DNA of 12,031 nucleotides from a bacterium (GTDB taxonomy: Bacteria; Hydrothermota; 32-111), in assembly GCA_050239825.1 (NCBI GenBank), contig JBFXGO010000050.1, positions 1-12,031 on the forward strand, given 5' to 3'. The notes under the pieces are model-generated. The model did not search any database. It was not told the origin of the DNA and worked only from the letters and a program-made list of their open reading frames with translations. The position numbers and the translations under genes were made by a program. Of this stretch, positions 8,376 to 12,031 are shown piece after piece. How positions within the stretch are numbered: position 1 is the stretch's first letter; every line of letters begins with the position of its first letter.

Positions 8376-9018
8376 CCCTCTTTCCCCATCTTGATGCGAG
8401 CAGTTCTATCAGATGTTCATAATTTTTGTCATTGAATGCGTCATTTGTGATTTTCTTTCTCTTCCCTGAAAACAAAGTCGCTCCCGGAACAACTCTGTCA
8501 GCGCTCCCACCAAGAAGTATATTCATTACTTTTCTTGCTCCCTTTTTATGAAGATTTATATTTGTCATTGACGAATATGGTATGAATTCCTCTTTTTCAT
8601 TCTGCCCCGAATAAATGTGCATTCCCTCCGAATTGAGAAATATCATTCTGATACCTGTTTTTCTCCATACAAAAAAATCAATCACCATATACGCAATTAC
8701 AAATAAATAAATGAGAAAAAATATCGGAGCGACGAATATTCCTCTAATCAGAATCAGAAAATATATAATAGCTCCTATGAACAGAGAGACTCCTATATTT
8801 ACAAATATCTGCGACTTTTCAGAATCTGATTTCATAAAAAAGAATGGCTTAGACGGAATTTTATTTACAAAATAACTCTTATTCGTTAAAGAAACAATTT
8901 CAGTATCATCAATACCTTGAATATTTCCTTCTGCATCTGTCCGTACAAACAAAATCAACTCCTTTGTATTTCTGTTAAGTCCCGATTTTCCATATTCCTT
9001 TTTCCATAAAAGCTTCAA
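8359..9018 (-). CDS. Hypothetical membrane protein (2 TM helices plus soluble, possibly PH-like, domain); true start may be ATG 8835
   Basis: Two hydrophobic helices followed by 'IRMIFLNSEGMHIYSG...FIPYSSMTNI'. Longest start (TTG 9018) overlaps fic by 44 nt, so the start is uncertain. Confidence 0.65.
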   Translation of the reverse strand: MKLLWKKEYGKSGLNRNTKELILFVRTDAEGNIQGIDDTEIVSLTNKSYFVNKIPSKPFFFMKSDSEKSQIFVNIGVSLFIGAIIYFLILIRGIFVAPIFFLIYLFVIAYMVIDFFVWRKTGIRMIFLNSEGMHIYSGQNEKEEFIPYSSMTNINLHKKGARKVMNILLGGSADRVVPGATLFSGKRKKITNDAFNDKNYEHLIELLASRWGKRDDENS

Positions 9019-9847
9019 TGGTCTGCCTTTTAGCTTTGTTCAGCAGATTAGAATGAGATATTCTCTTTTCTTTTGCATATTCTACGAGAGTAATAATTCT
9101 TTTACCTTCAAGATATGCAATTCTTTTGTGATAACTATTAGTCAATGCTTTTCCAACAATCTCTTCCATTACACCAGTTGCTTTACTTTTATCAAACTCA
9201 TCAAATGCTTCATAATACAGTTTTCTGTCTATGAATTTGATGTTTATTGGCACATATCCATCTCTCAAAAGAAGATAATTGTTCAACACTCTGCCTATTC
9301 TACCGTTTCCGTCAATAAAAGGATGAATATTTTCAAAAGTAAGATGGAAAAGCGCAATTTTCTTAATAATGTCTTGATTATTTTTTGAATTGTATTCAAT
9401 CAGCATTTCTTCAAGCCGATCCTCAATTTCATCCGGCGAAGAAGCTATATGATTCCCCACCCTCACCCACTCTTTCTCTTTTCTGAATCTTCCTGCCACA
9501 TCATCCCGGATATTTGATAAAAGCATCTTGTGAAGAGATAAGATGATTTCAAAGTCCAACTCATGTTCTTTTGATTTGTTTTCAATAAATAAGACCACAC
9601 GGGCGAGATTTTTAGCTTCAAATATCTCCCTCTCTGAAATGTATCTATCCAAATCTATCTGCTGTAATATTTTTTCTGTTTCTGCGAGAGTCAAAGTGCT
9701 GTTTTCAATTGCATTTGAATTATAAACCTGCTCCGCAACTTCTGTTTCGGAAATAAGAGAGAGCAATGATTGCTTTCCGGATGAAGCTTTATAGAAGCGT
9801 TCTCTTAAATCCACAATTTTTTTGTAAATATTCATTACCTTTGCCAT
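8975..9847 (-). CDS. Fic-family protein (class II-type) with C-terminal HTH-like domain
   Basis: Canonical HPFIDGNGRIGR; N-terminal inhibitory-type motif SNAIEN ((S/T)xxxE(G/N)); tail 'ITLVEYAKEKRISHSNLLNKAKRQTIEAFMEKGIWKI' resembles an excisionase/MerR-like HTH. Confidence 0.93.
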   Translation of the reverse strand: MAKVMNIYKKIVDLRERFYKASSGKQSLLSLISETEVAEQVYNSNAIENSTLTLAETEKILQQIDLDRYISEREIFEAKNLARVVLFIENKSKEHELDFEIILSLHKMLLSNIRDDVAGRFRKEKEWVRVGNHIASSPDEIEDRLEEMLIEYNSKNNQDIIKKIALFHLTFENIHPFIDGNGRIGRVLNNYLLLRDGYVPINIKFIDRKLYYEAFDEFDKSKATGVMEEIVGKALTNSYHKRIAYLEGKRIITLVEYAKEKRISHSNLLNKAKRQTIEAFMEKGIWKIGT

Positions 9848-9853
9848 GGGGTA

Positions 9854-9881
9854 ATTATAACATTTTTCACGATTTTGTCAA
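9854..9881 (-). promoter_or_regulatory. fic promoter TTGACA-16-(TGt)TATAAT, leaderless
   Basis: Consensus -35 at 9881-9876, extended -10 TATAAT at 9859-9854, 6 nt to ATG 9847. Confidence 0.8.
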
Positions 9882-9928
9882 CATAATCGTGAAAACAATA
9901 TGTTTTTCGTCACATTTTCACGGTTTTG
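9864..9928. repeat. 32-bp palindrome over the fic -35 plus a third half-site (candidate operator)
   Basis: TTTTCACGATTTTGT-CA-ACATAATCGTGAAAA (9864-9895, 1 mismatch in 15-bp arms); TTTTCACGGTTTTG at 9915-9928. Confidence 0.75.
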
Positions 9929-9969
9929 AGTCCAAAAACAATCAAGCTTGAAATTCGGCAATTACGAAT

Positions 9970-10121
9970 TAGCGGCGGGGGGTGAAAAATGTGAAAAAGA
10001 ATTTCCTAAAGTAAATAAAATCGAATATTTATGATTTTACTCTAAAATGAAAATTGTTAATATCTTAAATTATATCAACTTAGATAGATTAAATATTCAC
10101 ATTTTTCACCCCCCGCCGCTA
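9970..10121. mobile_element. MITE-like element, copy 2 (152 bp, inverted relative to copy 1)
   Basis: 26-bp perfect TIR; manual alignment to the reverse complement of copy 1 gives 142/152 identity, no gaps. Confidence 0.85.
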
Positions 10122-10136
10122 AATAACAAACTATTC

Positions 10137-10934
10137 CTAAAATAAATTAAATCCCACATATGCACCGATATACCAGTGAGTCAGTTTTTCATTCCATAAT
10201 TCTTTATATGGCGAGTCTGAGTAAATCTCTTCCGAACCGGAAAGTCTAAAAATTGAATATGGTTTGAACCACTTTATTGCAGAGTTCTCGGTTGTTAAAA
10301 ATTTTACAAAGAGTCCTCCGCCTACCAGATGCCTTCTTACATTATATACACTCTTTAACATTCCGCCATTATCACCTGAGAAATAAACCTCATGACCTCT
10401 GACCAATCCATAATTCAGTTCAGCACCAATAAAAGCATTTTGATTTAACTGGTAATCATTAAAAAAATAAAATCTATACAGATTTTCGTAACCGAAAAAA
10501 GCATCAACTCCACCAGCCAAAGTGCCGTAAAAATCCATTGAGTCACTAATTCCTGTATAAAAACTTGAATTCACTTTGGCGACACTCATGCCAAGACCTA
10601 TTTCGGAACATGTATTTTTAAACGGATAGTCAAATTTAAACTCAACGGAATGAATAAAGTAAAACATTGAGGAAATCAGGTCCTCAATATCTGGTAATAA
10701 TTGAAAATCTCCGGAACCTGTTAAGAAAGAATTCTCTCTCCCTCTATAGCATACTCCTAAATTATACCCTATTGAAAAATGCGATTTCTCTTTCTTTGTC
10801 TGAGGATTTATAATTGATATTGAATTTGTATCTGTTGTAATAGAGTCAGGAGTAATTGTAATGGGCAGTTCATTAGAGAATAAAAATGTACTTAATAAAA
10901 GAATCAGTAAACTCCACAAAACCTTTTTATTCAT
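10137..10934 (-). CDS. Hypothetical secreted protein, probable outer-membrane beta-barrel
   Basis: Signal peptide MNKKVLWSLLILLLSTFLFS; alternating Gly/aromatic strands; ends 'WYIGAYVGFNLF' with terminal Phe; SD AGGAGG 10943-10938. Confidence 0.7.
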   Translation of the reverse strand: MNKKVLWSLLILLLSTFLFSNELPITITPDSITTDTNSISIINPQTKKEKSHFSIGYNLGVCYRGRENSFLTGSGDFQLLPDIEDLISSMFYFIHSVEFKFDYPFKNTCSEIGLGMSVAKVNSSFYTGISDSMDFYGTLAGGVDAFFGYENLYRFYFFNDYQLNQNAFIGAELNYGLVRGHEVYFSGDNGGMLKSVYNVRRHLVGGGLFVKFLTTENSAIKWFKPYSIFRLSGSEEIYSDSPYKELWNEKLTHWYIGAYVGFNLF

Positions 10935-10954
10935 AAACCTCCTACATAAAAATA

Positions 10955-10982
10955 ATTATATTATAACATCAATAAATGTCAA
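10955..10982 (-). promoter_or_regulatory. Promoter TTGACA-16-TATAAT
   Basis: TTGACA 10982-10977, TATAAT 10960-10955. Confidence 0.75.
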
Positions 10983-11026
10983 CAGGAGAAAAACAGCATA
11001 GAAAAGATGTTATCATTAATGCAAGA

Positions 11027-11587
11027 CTATTTATTATTAAGGAGAATATCTTTCAGAACAGAGTGAAAATCCAAAGAGAGAAGCGCTTCAAATGTCTTTA
11101 AAGCATTATCAATATAATCCATATCAATTTTCTTGTTTTTTAAAATTATTGATTTAACATCTTCAATATCACGAGGCCTGCCTGCTATTATTTTATGAAT
11201 TATTAGATCTTCAACTGATGCAAATTTAACTTTGTAACCGTCAATTTGTATTTCTTTTACCCTTTTGAAAGCGCCTTTCTCAAATTCGGAATTTGAGAAT
11301 ATGAAATCCACTCTGAACTTAAACTCCTTAGATTCACATGGAAGTACGAATGTTTCATCTATGAATTCTTGCGGATTTTTCACAAGAAGAGTCAATTTCA
11401 TGCTTTTTGCTAAATCTATAATCTTTTCTTTTTCAAGAGGATCAACTCCCACAGTCACATCAATGTCTTTCGTCAGACGCGGTTCGCCATATACAAGAAC
11501 CGCTTGTCCGCCTATTATCATATATTCGATTTGTGCCTTATCAAGATTTTCAGCGAGTATTGAAATTAGCTGTTTATTTTCGCCCAT
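11027..11587 (-). CDS. Pol-beta-like nucleotidyltransferase (DUF6036/AbiEii-like), putative toxin
   Basis: 'YMIIGGQAVLVYGEPRLTKDID', 'RVDFI', 'EDLIIHKIIAGRPRDIEDV'. Confidence 0.8.
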   Translation of the reverse strand: MGENKQLISILAENLDKAQIEYMIIGGQAVLVYGEPRLTKDIDVTVGVDPLEKEKIIDLAKSMKLTLLVKNPQEFIDETFVLPCESKEFKFRVDFIFSNSEFEKGAFKRVKEIQIDGYKVKFASVEDLIIHKIIAGRPRDIEDVKSIILKNKKIDMDYIDNALKTFEALLSLDFHSVLKDILLNNK

Positions 11588-11771
11588 TTAGAGCTCTGGC
11601 GAGTTTTATTTTTGATTCTATTCCTTCAAGATCATTTGTTACCCATAGGTTCATCTGTATCGCCTGATTCTTCAGCATTTCAAAAATAGCCATATTTTCC
11701 TCAAAATTTACAGGTCTATTCTTTATTAAATTGTCTTCAAATTCTCTTAATTTATCTGTGTTTTTTATCAT
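11574..11771 (-). CDS. Small helical protein (65 aa), putative antitoxin/partner of the nucleotidyltransferase
   Basis: Overlaps the nucleotidyltransferase start by 14 nt. Start moved to ATG 11771 because the track's 11789 start lies inside the promoter. Confidence 0.65.
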   Translation of the reverse strand: MIKNTDKLREFEDNLIKNRPVNFEENMAIFEMLKNQAIQMNLWVTNDLEGIESKIKLARALNGRK

Positions 11772-11777
11772 AATAGC

Positions 11778-11805
11778 ATTATAAACCATACAAAGAGAGA
11801 GTCAA
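11778..11805 (-). promoter_or_regulatory. Promoter TTGACT-16-TATAAT, leaderless
   Basis: TTGACT 11805-11800, TATAAT 11783-11778, 6 nt to ATG 11771. Confidence 0.75.
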
Positions 11806-11852
11806 GGAAGAACAGGCGAAGTAAATTCGCGATTTTGAACTTAAAAGCAATC

Positions 11853-12031
11853 TTAATTCCCTATTGCGAATCCGATGTAAAACCCGGCATACCAATGGGT
11901 CAGTTTTTCATTCCATTCGTATTCTGAAGAACTATAAATCTCTTCGGCTCCTGAAACTTTTATCAATGCATAAGGACTGAACCAAGATTTATTAAGACTT
12001 TTGTCAGTATTGGCGATTTTTAAATATATCC
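11853..12031 (-). CDS. 3' end of a paralog of the 10137-10934 protein (partial, runs off window; absent from ORF track)
   Basis: Translates IYLKIANTDKSLNKSWFSPYALIKVSGAEEIYSSSEYEWNEKLTHWYAGFYIGFAIGN*, aligning with WFKPYSIFRLSGSEEIYSDSPYKELWNEKLTHWYIGAYVGFNLF*. Confidence 0.85.
   Translation of the reverse strand, partial: IYLKIANTDKSLNKSWFSPYALIKVSGAEEIYSSSEYEWNEKLTHWYAGFYIGFAIGN

Noticed and set aside
8836..9018. N-terminal 61 codons of the 219-aa ORF as a separate domain or gene remnant
   Set aside because: No recognisable motif; overlaps fic; may just be an open frame upstream of the real start
6834..10121. CRISPR array, integron attC or REP interpretation of the repeats
   Set aside because: No repeat-spacer periodicity, no RYYYAAC/GTTRRRY ends, and far longer than REP units; no cas, integrase or RAYT gene in the window
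10122..10136. Continuation of the GNAT stub beyond copy 2 (simple inversion model)
   Set aside because: Only 15 nt precede the next gene's stop, with no convincing GNAT-like continuation
11816..11830. GCGAA-GTAAA-TTCGC hairpin as terminator of the partial paralog
   Set aside because: Only a 5-bp stem with no clean U-tract

Overview
AT-rich bacterial chromosomal region, mostly minus strand, from a diderm organism (a protein with a T9SS-type C-terminal domain and beta-barrel-like proteins; lineage not determinable here). It holds a DtxR/MntR-feoA-feoB operon with a candidate operator, plus a feoC-like gene separated from feoB by two divergent secreted-protein genes. It also holds an HI0933-family flavoprotein, a small membrane protein, a class II Fic protein with a C-terminal HTH-like tail, two paralogous outer-membrane-type genes and, between these paralogs, a small-protein/nucleotidyltransferase pair. 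The most striking non-coding feature is a 152-bp MITE-like element (26-28-bp TIRs, TA ends) in two inverted copies (6834-6985, 9970-10121; 10 substitutions, no indels) that bracket the fic/membrane/flavoprotein block. Copy 1 truncates a GNAT-like pseudogene, and the TIR core shares a TTTTCAC motif with a palindromic operator over the fic promoter. Near-consensus promoters, mostly with 16-bp spacers, imply at least three leaderless mRNAs and correct several ORF starts.
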